The notes beneath the pieces are model-generated. The model did not search any database. It saw only the letters and a program-made list of their open reading frames with translations, and was not told where the DNA came from. Positions 35,960 through 47,870 of a stretch of DNA of 64,000 bases are shown here, one piece after another. Within the stretch, counting starts at the first letter, position 1. Each line of letters opens with the position of its first letter. The DNA lies in assembly GCA_951406725.2 (NCBI GenBank), contig OX597829.1, positions 11,842,001 to 11,906,000 on the forward strand. The letters run 5' to 3'. The translations under genes and the position numbers were made by a program. The DNA is from Octopus vulgaris (lineage: Eukaryota).

Positions 35960-37900
35960 AAAGGACTGGTTTTACAGACTCAGATGGAAGTTTTTTTATT
36001 TTGGCAAAAACAGGAAATACAAGACTCTGAAAATAATTCAAATAGTGAAACTCATTCAATGATATTTAAAACGAAGACAACTCCTCTACCGAATAGTTAT
36101 CTGGAAAAGTTTGAACAAGACTTGTGGAATACTATTAAAAACCTGACATTTAAAACACCCTCCTTGGAACAGTGTACATCAGTGTAAACTTAAGAGCCTA
36201 ATGATGGAAATTTTGTGCACTCAGATAAAACACAAAACACATACAACCTAAGCACTGAAACATCATAATTCACTACACAAAGATATTACAAAAAAAAATA
36301 TAAGGTTGTAAGCAAAAATACACTTAGATTAATTGATGTAGAAGCTAGGAAAATTATGTATGATTATAATATTCGCTATAAAACTTAGCCCTTTGTACCG
36401 GTTAGGCTCTGTTACTAGGAAAGTTACTATTCATCTATAAATCCCACTATATTAAACAGCGCCAGTTTATTTGCAAGGAAATATAGAAACATTACAATGA
36501 AGGAAATAAATGTAAGCACAGGTCAATTATAGAATTTGACAACTATGGGCCAGAAAGAATACCCCTGATAGTTTTGAAGTAACTATGGGGTACCCGAGCT
36601 AACAGACTTAGTGGTAATCTATCTTCTTTCCATGCTACATGATGAATTCCCTGAGATTGGGGGTGGATTATATAGAGACGATGCATCGTAAAAAACTTCT
36701 CCAATAGATGCGTGGAACTAATCAAGAAATGACTATATAAACTCTTTAAGAGATTTGGTTTTACCATCACAATTCTATAAACTTCTTAGATGCAAATGTT
36801 AATTTAGTAACAGGCATCCATGAGTCTTTTAAAAAGCCTAACTCCAATATTAAGTATATACACTCCCAAAGCAATCAGGCAACATCAATAAAAGCGCTTT
36901 AATTTTAAAATATCAGCTGTAGAATATTATACCTCACATTGAATGAGGATATAAGAGAAATGTCATAAACAAATATAAAAGTTATAAAATCAAAAATGAT
37001 ATTGGTGACAAAAATATAAAGGAAAATGTGAACAACCATAAAGTTAAATATAAAAATAAAAATAATATCAGAAACAAAAATAGATCAGATATAAACGAAC
37101 TACAATAGCCCCACTAATCTAGTATGTCTTGAATCATCTAATAACAACAGCAATAACAACAATAGCAGCAGCAGTAACAACAACAACAACAACAATAGCA
37201 GCAGCAACAACAACAACAATATTAATAATAGGAAGGAGAGGAAGGAGAAGGAATAAATAATAATATATGGTTGATACTGCCTTTGTGTTATAGATTAAGA
37301 GTAATCTAGTAAAATCTATCCTTTCAATTATTAATAAGCATTTTAACAATAAATATCATGAAATTATTAATACTAAAACTATCAAAATAGGGTATAGTTT
37401 AACACAGAATCTGGCTACTATTATCTCTGCTATAAATAATAGGAAATTGGACTTATTCAATATATATAGAAAGGATTCTAACAGGAATGTAAATATCTGT
37501 AATACTATTATAGATAACCCTAATGCAAATATAAATGCCCATAACACATTTTTACAGAGCAATACATCTACTCATGGACCATTCACCTAATATCCTTGAA
37601 GCCAATTTTATACCTAATAACTGTGATTGTAGAATTAAAAGTAACTGCTTACTTAGAAATGCATGGAAGCGTAAAAGCGTACTATATGAATGTACAGTAA
37701 CGGCACAGGGAATGAAGCATTGTTATATAGGTTCAACACAGAATAAGATTAAGAAACGTTTAACCTCTCAGAAATAGACGTAGATCTGGTTCCACTGGTC
37801 TGAGTAAATTTATTTGGGAGCTAAAAGATAAGAATATACAGTATGATTTACAATGGGAAATACTAACCTCCGCCTAAATGAAAAATTCTTTATTCTCATG
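35960..37900 (+). mobile_element. Degraded Penelope-like element (RT + GIY-YIG)
   Basis: FKTKTTP..YLEKFEQDL, SDKTQN, GGLYRDD, NFLDANVNL, KKPNSNIKYIHSQSN, CDCRIKSNCLL, VLYECTV..CYIGST, LSKFIWELKDKN. Confidence 0.8.
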
Positions 37901-38844
37901 GTGAGATACTCTTGTATTCTAAATTTTTACTGATATAATTTTAATTATTTATTTATTTTATCGGTTGCAGTTTCATCCATGTCTAACCCATTTGACTACA
38001 TATTTAACTTTTTTCCCCTTTACTACATTAATCTCCTCTTTAAAATCAACATATTTTTAACCCCGGCTTTATGTATTGATATATATTTGCCCTTACATTT
38101 ATATTCATATATATCTTGCCCTTACATTTATATTCATTATACTTATTCATCCTTTTCCCATAAACTATATTAAATTTAATCTAAATTCTATGATCACCCC
38201 AATTTTACCAGGGGTTTATGTGTGTGTGTGTGTGTGTGTGCGTGCGTGTGTGTCTATATATGTGTGTTACATGATTTTATGGTCTCCATTCTCTATTTCT
38301 TTTTAATGTTAATTAACGTAATTATTTACCTTTAATAAATTCTCAATATTATAAATTTATCAGATATATGTTCTTATTTCCACATAAACTGGTTTTAACT
38401 TGGTTTCATTCCATATTTTATTATCTCTTATCCTACTCTGTATTTATAATAATATTTTATTCCACAAAATTTCTCCTTCATATTTCCTACATTATATTAT
38501 ATTATACCTTGCATTTATGCCTGTAATGTATTAATGTATTATTAATATACCCTTTAAATAGCATATTAACTCTTTGCTAGGTTTAAAATTGATATCTGTT
38601 TTTATTTTATTGTATTGTATTATTTTATTGTATTTGGCCTTATTTGATTTAATTTACTTATACTTTGATACTTTCATACTTTATAATCTTTGTATAAATG
38701 AATGTTATGTCATTTAATATGTTATAATTATTTATGAAAATTAAAAGCTTTTGGTAAATCCCATATTACCTCCCCTTAACTGTGTAACACAGTCTTTTTT
38801 ATGACTAGAGATTACTTTTTATATACATTATATATATGTGTGTG

Positions 38845-38898
<54 letters not shown>

Positions 38899-38940
38899 CA
38901 TACATACATACGTACATACATACATACATACTTACATACT

Positions 38941-38990
<50 letters not shown>

Positions 38991-39072
38991 ATCCAAACAT
39001 GAAAACACAACAGCGCGAGGACGTGGAACAAGTATAGTGTTATTGGACGCTCAGGAAAGGAAAAAAAGGAGG

Positions 39073-39108
39073 ATTTAACATTTCGAGCAGAGCTCTTCGT
39101 CAGAAACA
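39073..39108 (-). ncRNA. Minimal hammerhead ribozyme
   Basis: RC: TGTTT-CTGACGA-A-GAGC(tct)GCTC-GAAA-TG-TT-AAAT. Confidence 0.6.
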
Positions 39109-39851
39109 TAGGAAAAGGAAAGATCCAAGAAAGGGAAGACAGAGGAAAAAAATCGCCGATACACACCCGGTTACATGAAGTATTTTATTTCCGTTGTATA
39201 ATTAAGCTTATTTCTCCATTTGTCATATTTCGTATTAATTGTACTAAAATTAGTCTTATTATTTCATATTATTTAGTACTAAAGTGTGCCAAGTTAATAG
39301 TATATTGAGATGATTCCTGATTCACTGCTTAAATACATAAATAAATCATTACTTCTGATTAGCTCTAATTTAAACAAGATATGCCCTGTTTAAATTTATT
39401 CACGCTTAGCTGCCTTTACATATATCTTTCCCTACATCCCAGCTATGTATGAAAGCATTTTACGAAATTCATTGTAATTTATTTTTTATTTTATTTCCTC
39501 TTTTATAATGTTTATTTTCTTAATATTACATTTACCCCCTATAGCATGTCATATGCTTGCTTCAGTGCATATTTACTTCCGGTTTATTTAACGGAATGCG
39601 GTATGTCAAAAATTTTTAATTTTTTTTAATTCTTACCTAATAGTTTATTATTATTGTTGTTTTTTTACCTTAAAGGCTTGAAATAAATTCTCTCAAGGGA
39701 TGAACAGATATAGTTTGTATTTTGATATTTTCTCTTTATTGCTTTGAATTTACTATTTATTCATTTATTTGATTATAAACATAAGCAATAAGTTATTATT
39801 ATTATATTTAGAAATTATCTAATCCTTTCCGATTACTTCGGTTAAGACATT

Positions 39852-40094
39852 TTGCCACAACACCAAATCGTCAGCTACAGCCATCACAAATTAGTGACCT
39901 GTACGCTCGACATAGATAGCATGTGTAGATGAGGTACCGGTTACTGGAAACTAAAAAAGTCACTATTGGGCTGTGAAGCCTACAGGAAGCGGATTAAACA
40001 ATTAGTAATGAGGGCGTTGACCGGATCCATTATCAACAACAAATGGTGGTACGCCCTGAAAAGAGCCATCAAATTTGAGTCAATTAGGTTTAGC
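39852..40094 (+). mobile_element. Tx1/L1 LINE ORF2 fragment (end of the endonuclease)
   Basis: HHKLVTC..GTGYWKL..RALTGSIINNKWWYALKRAIKFESIRFS; homologous to ~20700-20910 and ~24500-24700. Confidence 0.8.
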
Positions 40095-40528
40095 TGCCTC
40101 GACGAATATCGTCGTACCGTTTTGAAAGGAAGCGACCACCGCAGCACGACGCATAGGGCGCCGGATGAGTCTAAAAGCTGCAGCAGGCCCCTCTCGTCTG
40201 CCGACCTAGTCGCTGGCCTTCTTCTTCTTCGCCGCCTTCTTCTCCTCTTCCGCCCGGAACCGGCCCCCACTTCGAATCGACCCGCACCGGAGCCCGTCCG
40301 CAGTGGCCCCGGTGTGCGACAGTAGGATCGCAAAGCGCTTTTGCTCCGCGAACGCTTCTTCGCGTATTGACTAGTTTGTTTTCGCCTCTTCTCCCGTCGG
40401 AGGAGGAGGAGGCGCACGCGTATACGAACGGCTGCCGACTGGTCGAGCCCTACCCGCTCGCCTCTTTTCGGGCTGCCGATTCCTCTTCTTCTTCTTCCGC
40501 ACTTCGTTTTCACGTGTTGTGTTGGTGA
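40095..40528 (+). other. rDNA 5' external transcribed spacer fragment
   Basis: GC-rich sequence immediately upstream of the canonical 18S 5' end. Confidence 0.7.
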
Positions 40529-40825
40529 TACCTGGTTGATCCTACCATTAGTCATATGCTTGTCTCAAAGCTTAAGCCATGCAAGTGTAAGTTCATGCCG
40601 TAAACAAATGGTGAAACCGCGAATGGCTCAGGAACCGGACCTAATCCTCGGGACCGTATTCTTCCACCGTGAGGAGAGTGGATAACTGTGGCAATTCTAG
40701 AGCTAATACATGCAACCGAAGCCGCGATCGCAGGTCGCACCCGGGCGTCGGGCTCGAAAACGACGTTCGGCAGCCGTCGCGTCTTCGCGGCATTGCTGCC
40801 ATTCGCCGCCGGTGTCCGCTCTGAT
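40529..40825 (+). rRNA. 18S: 18S rRNA 5' fragment (orphan, pseudogenic)
   Basis: TACCTGGTTGATCCT...AGTCATATGCTTGTCTCAAAG...AAGCCATGC...GGATAACTGTGGCAATTCTAGAGCTAATACATGC; ends within V2. Confidence 0.93.
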
Positions 40826-41967
40826 TAACAAAAAATGAAGCGGAAGACGTGGTTGACCCTACAAACCACATACTCACACTGAAGACTTTGCTTTCTCCTT
40901 TTCTACATTCCCGATTAAACAGGTTCTTTCACTCGCAACATACTTGCTATATACTTCCATCTGTTACGAAACACACTTTGCGACAGGCATTTCTTCTCCA
41001 GCCTTATTTTCCGTTTCATGTGGAAAACGAAAAAGTCAATTAGCTCGAGACTGGAGATAAACATGCCTGTTGCAATTCCTTTTTCTCTCGTCTTCCATAC
41101 AACTTCTTTCGCCATATTCAGGGAGGTCGGCGGAACTATCTTAATTACAGATTCGTTCGACAGTTGTACTCTTCTCGAATGCGACAGCAGGTGTTCTACA
41201 TAAGCCCAGAATTCAGTCATCTTGGGGCATTGCACAATCGCGTGCAGGACAGTTTTACTGTCCCTCTCACATCTTGCACAAACCGGCGAAAGTGCACACC
41301 CATGTCTAAAGAGCTTATCTCGAACCGGTAAAGCTCTTCTGTAACACTGCCAGGCCAGCTCTTCTGTAACACTGCCAGGTAAATCCAGAGGTGCCTAAAC
41401 CTGAGTGCATGTCTGCGCATTTTTAGCCACGGCATCCCTAATCCACCCTTCAGCGGCTTTTGGCAGCAAATTGAGCGCCTTACAAGAGGTCTGCTCCCCC
41501 TCCACAAAAAGCGAAAGAGCATGCGTTCCAGTTTGTTCAGCCACGAATCGGGGCAAGGCACGACGGTCAGGCGGTAAGTGATTACAGAGGCGATAAACAC
41601 CTCTGCAACCTCCTCCCTCCCTTTCAAGGACAGCTTCCGCTCAGACCAGGTCTGAGTTAGGAGAGCCACCTTTTTCGCCACCTCGCTCCAGTTCTCTATC
41701 TGGAGATCTGGACCTAACCAGATTCCAAGCATTTTCACCGGTCCTTCCGTCCAACGTCCTACGACGTTGTCGGAAGACATCGACTTGCCCCTCCAGGTGC
41801 CGAGTTGCAAGCCAACAGATTTATCCCGGTTGACTTTCGCTCCTGCCACCGCTTCGTAGTCCCTTAAGGCCTCACTCACCCACTGTAGGTGCTCGACTCG
41901 GGATACGATGACGGTGATGTCATCCGCATACGCCGAAGCTGACTTTCCGCACCCTAGATCTTGCGGA
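40822..41967 (-). mobile_element. 5'-truncated Tx1/L1 LINE (YADD to 3' UTR); 3' end displaced to 46271-46390
   Basis: ORFs 41217-42062 (SAYADD...KGGLGMP) and 40915-41235; 3' UTR cut at 40822. Confidence 0.88.
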
Positions 41968-42540
41968 GGAGAGAAGGAGGGGGTGAGAGTGAGAGAGAGG
42001 GTGAGATAGAGAGTGAGAGAAGGAGAGGGTGAGAGAGAGAGTGAGAGAGATAGATGCCCCATTTTGTGCTTGTTTACATTCTGTGTAAGACAGTGAGAGA
42101 GAGAGAGAGTGACGGAGATAGAGTGAGAGAGAGAGGGAGAGAATGAGAGAGAGTGAGAGAGATAGATAGATCCCGCAGTTTGTGTTTGTTTACATTCTGC
42201 GTAAGACAGTGAGAGAGAGAGAGATAGTGAGAGAGAGAGGGAGGGAGAGGGAGAGAATTAGAGTGAGAGAGATAGATCCCCCATTTCGTGTTTGTTTACA
42301 TTCTGCGAAAGACAGTGGGAGAGAGAGAGTAAGATGGAGAGAGAGAGAGTGAGAGAGTGAAAGAGTGAGAGTGATAGTGTGAGAGGGAGGGAGAGAGTGA
42401 GAAAGAGTGAGAGTGAGAGAGATAGATCCCCCATTTTGTGTTTGTCTATATTCTGCGTTAGACAGTGAGATAGATAGATAGATAAAGAGAGTGGGAGAGA
42501 GAGAGTAAGACAATGAGAAAGAGAGAGGAGGCAAGATATA
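41968..42540. repeat. (GA)-rich microsatellite containing four copies of a ~45-bp unit
   Basis: GATAGATCCCCCATTTTGTGTTTGTTTACATTCTGCGTAAGACAGTG at ~42049, ~42165, ~42271, ~42421. Confidence 0.85.
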
Positions 42541-42559
42541 GCGAGTGAAAGAAATTGAT

Positions 42560-42945
42560 AGACGTGGGAGGGGCTGTGTGATAAGTAATTTGCTTACGAA
42601 CCGCAGAGTTCTGGTTCTAGTCCCACTGCGTGGAAGATTGGGCAAGTGTCTTCTACTATAGCCTGGCGCCGACCAAAGCCTTGTGAGTGGATTTGGTAGA
42701 CGGACACTGAAAGAAGCCCGTCGTATATATGTATGTATATATGTATATATATGTGTGTGTGTGTATATGTTTGTATATCTGTGTTTTTCCCCTAAACATC
42801 GCTTGATAACTGTCTAGCGGTGCGGCGAAAGAGACCGATAGGCCTACAAAGAATAAGTCCTGTGGGGGGGGGGGTCGATTTGCTCGAATAAAGGCACTGC
42901 TGCAGCATGGCCGCAGTCAAATAACTGAAGAAAGTAAAAGAGATT
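42560..42945 (+). mobile_element. OR-type octopus tRNA/CORE-like SINE
   Basis: tRNA-like head, TTGGGCAAGTGTCTTCTACTATAGCC, internal (TA)/(TG) tract, tail GCATGGCCGCAGTCAAATAACTGAA..AAGTAAAAGAG. Confidence 0.75.
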
Positions 42946-43217
42946 AAACGTTTAAATCGCGCCAGATTTGTATATTCTCTTAACTTCATAATCAAGGAGA
43001 GAACTGAAACATAACAGAGTTAGTTCCCTTTACTATTCAGGATTAGGGGTGGGGGTGGGAGAAAGGTGTTTCTGTTATCTTCAGAAATGTAAACAAATCC
43101 ACGTGTGTACTTATACCGAAAGATCGCCCTATAACCATTACTTAATAAATAAATCTTTAATAATATTAACAATACTCATAATAATAATACTGAGCTTGTT
43201 TGTTCCTTGTCAAGCCA

Positions 43218-43558
43218 TGAGAGAGAGGGAGATAGAGAGAGTGAGAGAGAGAAAGAGAGAGAAAGAGAGAGAGTGAGTGAGAGAGAGAGTAAGAGAGATA
43301 GAGAGAGAATGAGATAGATAGAGAGTGAGTGAGAGAGAGTGAGAGAGAGAGTGAGAGAGAGAGGGAGCGAGAGAGGGAGCGAGAGAGAGAGTGAGGGTGA
43401 GAGAGAGTGAGGGAGAGAGGGAGCGAGAGAGAGAGTGAGGGTGAGAGAGAGTGAGGGAGAGTGAGTGAGATAGAGAGAGACAGAGAATAGGTGAGAGAGA
43501 GAGTGAGAGAGAGTGAGAGAAAGTGAGAGAATGAGAGAGAGGGAAAGCGAGTGAGAGA
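43218..43558. repeat. (GA)-rich microsatellite
   Basis: Seen directly; abuts the LINE 3' end. Confidence 0.95.
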
Positions 43559-44892
43559 GTATTTCTTTATTCACCATAAGGTTGAGAAAAAGGGGACAAT
43601 ACGGGGACAGACAAAACAAACGTTGAGGTCAGGGCATCGAATGAGACGAAACGTATGAATAAACAATTAAAATATATACAATTAAATGAGGATGAGTGAT
43701 TAACAAAAAAATGAAGCGGAGGACGCGGTCGACCCCACAAACCACATACTCACACTGAAGACTTTGCTTTCTCCTTTTCTACATTCCCGATTAAACAGGT
43801 TCTTTCACTCGCAACATATTTCCTATAGACTTCCATCTTTTACGAAACACACTTTGCGACAGGCATTTCTTCTCCAGCCTTATTTTCCGTTTCATGTGGA
43901 AAACGAAAAGGTCGATTAGCTCGATTGCCTGTTGCAATTCCTTTCACTCTCGTCTTCCATACTATTTGTTTCGCCACAGCAACTACCGAAAGAAAACAGG
44001 CTCGCTCCTCCTTATTCAGGGAGGTCGCTGGAACTATCTTAATTACAGATTCGCTCGACAGTTGTACTCTTCTCGAATACGACAGCAGGTGTTCGACATA
44101 AGCCCAGAGTTCAGTCGCCTTGGGGCATTGCACAATCGCGTGCAGGACAGTTTCACTGTCCCTCTCACATCTCGCACAAAGCGGCGAAGGTGCACACCCA
44201 TGTCTAAAGAGCTTAACTCGAACCGGTAAAGCTCCTCTGTAACACTGCCAGGCCAGGGACTTTTGGTAATTATCCATAGGCCCCGGACAGAACGTTCTTT
44301 GGAACTGGCTGGCCCGTTGATCTTCGTCGAAGCCTAGGGTTTCTCCCAGGACATCGTCACACTTAAACTCTACTAACCCTCTATAGAAGAACGAGGTAGT
44401 ACCCCCGCCACCGGCGTTGCCCGCACTCTACATGCCACACGCCCAACCTCGATCTACACTTGATCCATGTGTTCAGTTTGGTAAACGTAGTGAACTGTGG
44501 AAATAACAGCTTGAAGAACGGAGACCATACCTGCTCACCGTCCAGGTAAAACCAGAGGTGGCTATGTCTGAGCGCATGTCTGCGCATTTTTAGCCACGAC
44601 ATCCCTAACCCACTCTTCAGTGGCTTTTGGCAGCAAATAGAGCGCCTTACAAGAGGTCTGCTGCCCCGCCACAAAAATCGAAAGAGCATGCGTTCTAGCT
44701 TGTTCACCCACGAATCGGGGCAAGGCATTACAGAGGCGATAAACACCTCTGCAACCTCCGCCCTCCCTTTCAAGGACAGCTTCCGCTCAGACCAGGTCTG
44801 AGTTAGGAAAGCCACCTTTCTCGCCACCTCGCTCCAATTCTTCTCTATCTGGAGATCTGGACCTAACCAGATTCCTAGCATTTTCACCGTCC
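43559..44892 (-). mobile_element. Tx1/L1 LINE 3' part (post-RT ORF2 plus complete 3' UTR) fused to 18S sequence
   Basis: ORFs 44381-45094 (VKMLGIWLGPD...) and 43840-44277 (DNYQKSLAWQCYRGALP..CARC..ETVLH..QC); ends AATAAAGAAATA then (TC)n. Confidence 0.9.
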
Positions 44893-46270
44893 CTCTAAGA
44901 AGCGCTGCGTTCGCCAACCGACTGGCCCGGACGTGATGGCGTGCCGCCGCCGGGCTCGCGCGGGCCGAGCCGACCGGGTCACCGCCGCCGCTCCGCAACC
45001 GACGCCGCAACCACGCCGCGACCGCCCCGCGAGGGGGACGGCAGCCGGACGCGGCCGCAGCGCCAGACGCGAAGGAGAGTGGCGGCAACGGCAAGCCCGG
45101 GTCGCGCGCGGAGCTACCGACGACGGCTTCGGCGTCACCGCGCTACCGGAAAAGCACTAATCGACGCGCTAGTTAGCAGGCCGGAGTCTCGTTCGTTATC
45201 GGAATCAACCAGACGGATCGCTCCACCAACTAAGAACGGCCATGCACCACCACCCACCGAATCGAGAAAGAACTATCCATCTGTCAATCCTACCGGTGTC
45301 CGGACCGGGTGAGTTTTCCCGTGTTGAGTCAAATTTCTGTTTTGCAACGATACTCCCCTCGGAACCAACTATGGTTTCCCGCGCAGGCTCCCCGCCGGGT
45401 CATCGAAGCGAACGCCGGCGGAGCGCCAGTCGGTATCTGATCGTCTTCGAACCTCGTGGCTCCCGTGCGCGCAGCACCGACCCGCGCGACGACGAGGCCG
45501 CGCAGGCGTGAAACCGGACGACACATGCGGGCGAAGACAGGCGCAGGGCGGCGGCCGACGCGGCGGCGACGCGAGCATAGCTCCGCGGCCCGACCGCGCA
45601 CGCACCGGCGAATAGGGTCGGGAGTGCGAACGGACGACCGAAGCGGACGCGCCAGAAGCACGCCTACGACGGCGCAGTCGCCCCGAACGTGCTGGGGCAC
45701 GTTTTCGATACCCGAATTCCGACTACGAGCTTTTCAAACGCAACAATTTTAATATACGCTACCGGAGCTGGCACCACGGCTGATGGCACCTGACTTGCCC
45801 TCCAGTCGATCCTCGTTAACGGATTTGAAGTGTACTCATTCTGATCGCGGGGCCTCGACAGAGTCCCGCTTCGTTATTTTTCGTCACTACCTCCCCGTGC
45901 CGGGAGTGAGTAATTTGCGCGCCTGCTGCCTTCCTTGGATGAGGTAGCCGTTTCGCATGCTCCCTCTCCGGAATCGAACCCTGATTCCCCGTTACCCGTT
46001 GCTACCACGGTCAGCACTGACCGGGCCGTCGACAGTTGATAGGGCGGACTCGCGGGGGACCCGTCGCGCGAAGGCTAGTGCGATACTAGCCCGTGCGATC
46101 GTACTGACAGTTATCCAGAGTCACCAAAATCGAAGGGCGTGAAGCCGCCGCACGCCTAGGATCCGCGCGCTGAAGGCGCGGCAGCTGCGTCGGTCTCAGT
46201 CTAATATTTGCGCCGCGCTCCAATGCGGAAGGCCGACCGTATCGTCGCGACCGGAAGGTTCGAGCGTATC
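44889..46270 (-). rRNA. 18S: 18S rRNA internal fragment (V2 to V7) with internal deletions, pseudogenic
   Basis: RC contains TTGGTGACTCTGGATAAC, GGGTTCGATTCCGGAGAGGGAGC, TCCAAGGAAGGCAGCAGGCGCGCAAATTAC, GGAGGGCAAGTC, AATTTGACTCAACACGGGAAA, GGTGGTGCATGGCCGTTCTTAGTTGGTGGAGCG, CTTCTTAGAGGGAC. Confidence 0.95.
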
Positions 46271-46390
46271 GTAATTGTATATATTTTAATTGTTTGTTTA
46301 TTCATATGTTTCGTCTCATTCGATACCCTGACCCCAACGTTTGTTTTGTCCCCTCTTTTTCTCAACCTTATGGTGAATAAAGAAATACTC
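46271..46390 (+). mobile_element. Terminal 3' UTR of Tx1/L1 LINE
   Basis: Matches RC of 43560-43685: taattgtatatattttaattg...ctcaaccttatggtgaataaagaaatac. Confidence 0.85.
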
Positions 46391-46786
46391 TATCTCACCC
46401 TCTCTCTCACTCTCTTTCTCTCACACTCGCTCACTATCTCTCACTTTCTCTCTCTATCACTCTCTCTCTCTCTGATTCTCTGTCTCACTCTATCTCACTC
46501 TCTCGCTCTCACTCTCTCTCACTCACTCTCTCTCTCTCTCAATTTCTAACTCACACTCTCTCTCCTAACTCTCTCTCTCTCTCACTCTCTCTCTCCTCAC
46601 TCTCTCTCTCCTCACTCTCTCTCTCTCACTCTTTCTCATTCATTCTCGCTATCACTCTTTCTCATTCATTCTCGCTATCACTCACTCTCTCTCTCTCTCT
46701 CTCCTCACTCTCTCTCTCCTCACACTCTCTCTCACTCTTTCTCATTCATTCTCGCTATCACTCACTCTCTCTCTCTCTCTCTCTCA

Positions 46787-46876
<90 letters not shown>
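46388..46876. repeat. (TC)-rich microsatellite ending in pure (TC)n
   Basis: Seen directly. Confidence 0.95.
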
Positions 46877-46880
<4 letters not shown>

Positions 46881-47870
46881 CGGACTCTTATCTGTTATTC
46901 TTTGCTCCGCAGTGAAAGATTGTTTTTGTGCTGAAAATTGTGAAAATTTGCTGTTTTGGTCGGCGAGACCACTTCTCTTCTGCTGTTGAAACAGAGTATT
47001 GCCGTTGTTTCCCCCTTGCTTCAAGGGGGAAGCGGCGAAAGACATGAATTTGTCACCAATTTCTTCCGAGTCCAAGGAAATCTTTGAAAATTTGTTTGAA
47101 GGCATAAAGGCGAATATGTGGGAGGAGGGCGGTAAAGATATAGAGGCGAATATGTGGGAGGAGGAAGGTAAAGGCATAGAGGCGAATATGAGGAGGAGAA
47201 AGGTAAAGGTATAGAGGCGTCGCACGCGCTCGTTACAAAGGCAGACAACAAAATGTCTAGCGAGGAAAAGTCAAAAATTAATTTTGCGAGTGCAGCAACT
47301 CGCCCCTGTGAAAATATAGTCATAAACAAAGAAGATTTAAATAAATTCCAAGGACTACTAAAAAAAGAAGGTGATAATGTGAAGTTACTCCCTCCCAGTG
47401 AATTAATTTACGCGACGGAGAAAAACTGATATATAAAACATATGTAAAAACTAAAAAAAATTGATTTCGTACCGAGGAAAGCGATAGAAAAATGATTGAG
47501 GCCGATATGGCAACAAACAAGCTATATAACGAGGGGTAGTCGCTTCGGCACTGTAGAGGTGCGTTTCCCTAGCGAAGAAAAAGCTAGGGAAAATTCAACA
47601 ATGACATTGAAGTCGGAAGAAGTAGTTCTCCTGCCGACTTACATAGGAAAGAGAACTTCAAAAATCACGGTCACTGATATACCACCCGAAATAGATGTGG
47701 CCTGGGTGATAGCCGCTATTCTCATAGGCAAAGAAGAAGAAATTTCAATTCTTCAATCTAAGAGATACCACCACATGAACTGGGTTGGACAAGATTTAGA
47801 GCTTGTCATCCAAGCAAACCCCTCAGACTTAGAAAAAATGCCCAGTTCCCTTACAATTGGGAAATAGTTC
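46877..47870 (+). mobile_element. Tx1/L1-related 5' UTR + ORF1 fragment
   Basis: ORF 47496-47867 (ITRGSRFGTVEVRFP..LLPTYIGKR..IPPEIDVAW) homologous to the other ORF1s; 3x33-bp repeat at ~47100-47220. Confidence 0.7.

Noticed and set aside
41968-42480. CRISPR-like repeat-spacer pattern (four ~45-bp repeats)
   Set aside because: Spacers are GA microsatellite, the context is eukaryotic and there are no cas genes; it is a minisatellite.
39966-46142. Arg/Ala/Pro-rich ORFs over the GC-rich blocks
   Set aside because: Shadow ORFs of ETS/18S sequence.
40529-46270. Functional rDNA unit, or an rDNA-specific (R-element-like) insertion into 18S
   Set aside because: No 18S 3' end, ITS, 5.8S or 28S; the pieces are on opposite strands and deleted; inversion plus chimera explains the junctions better.
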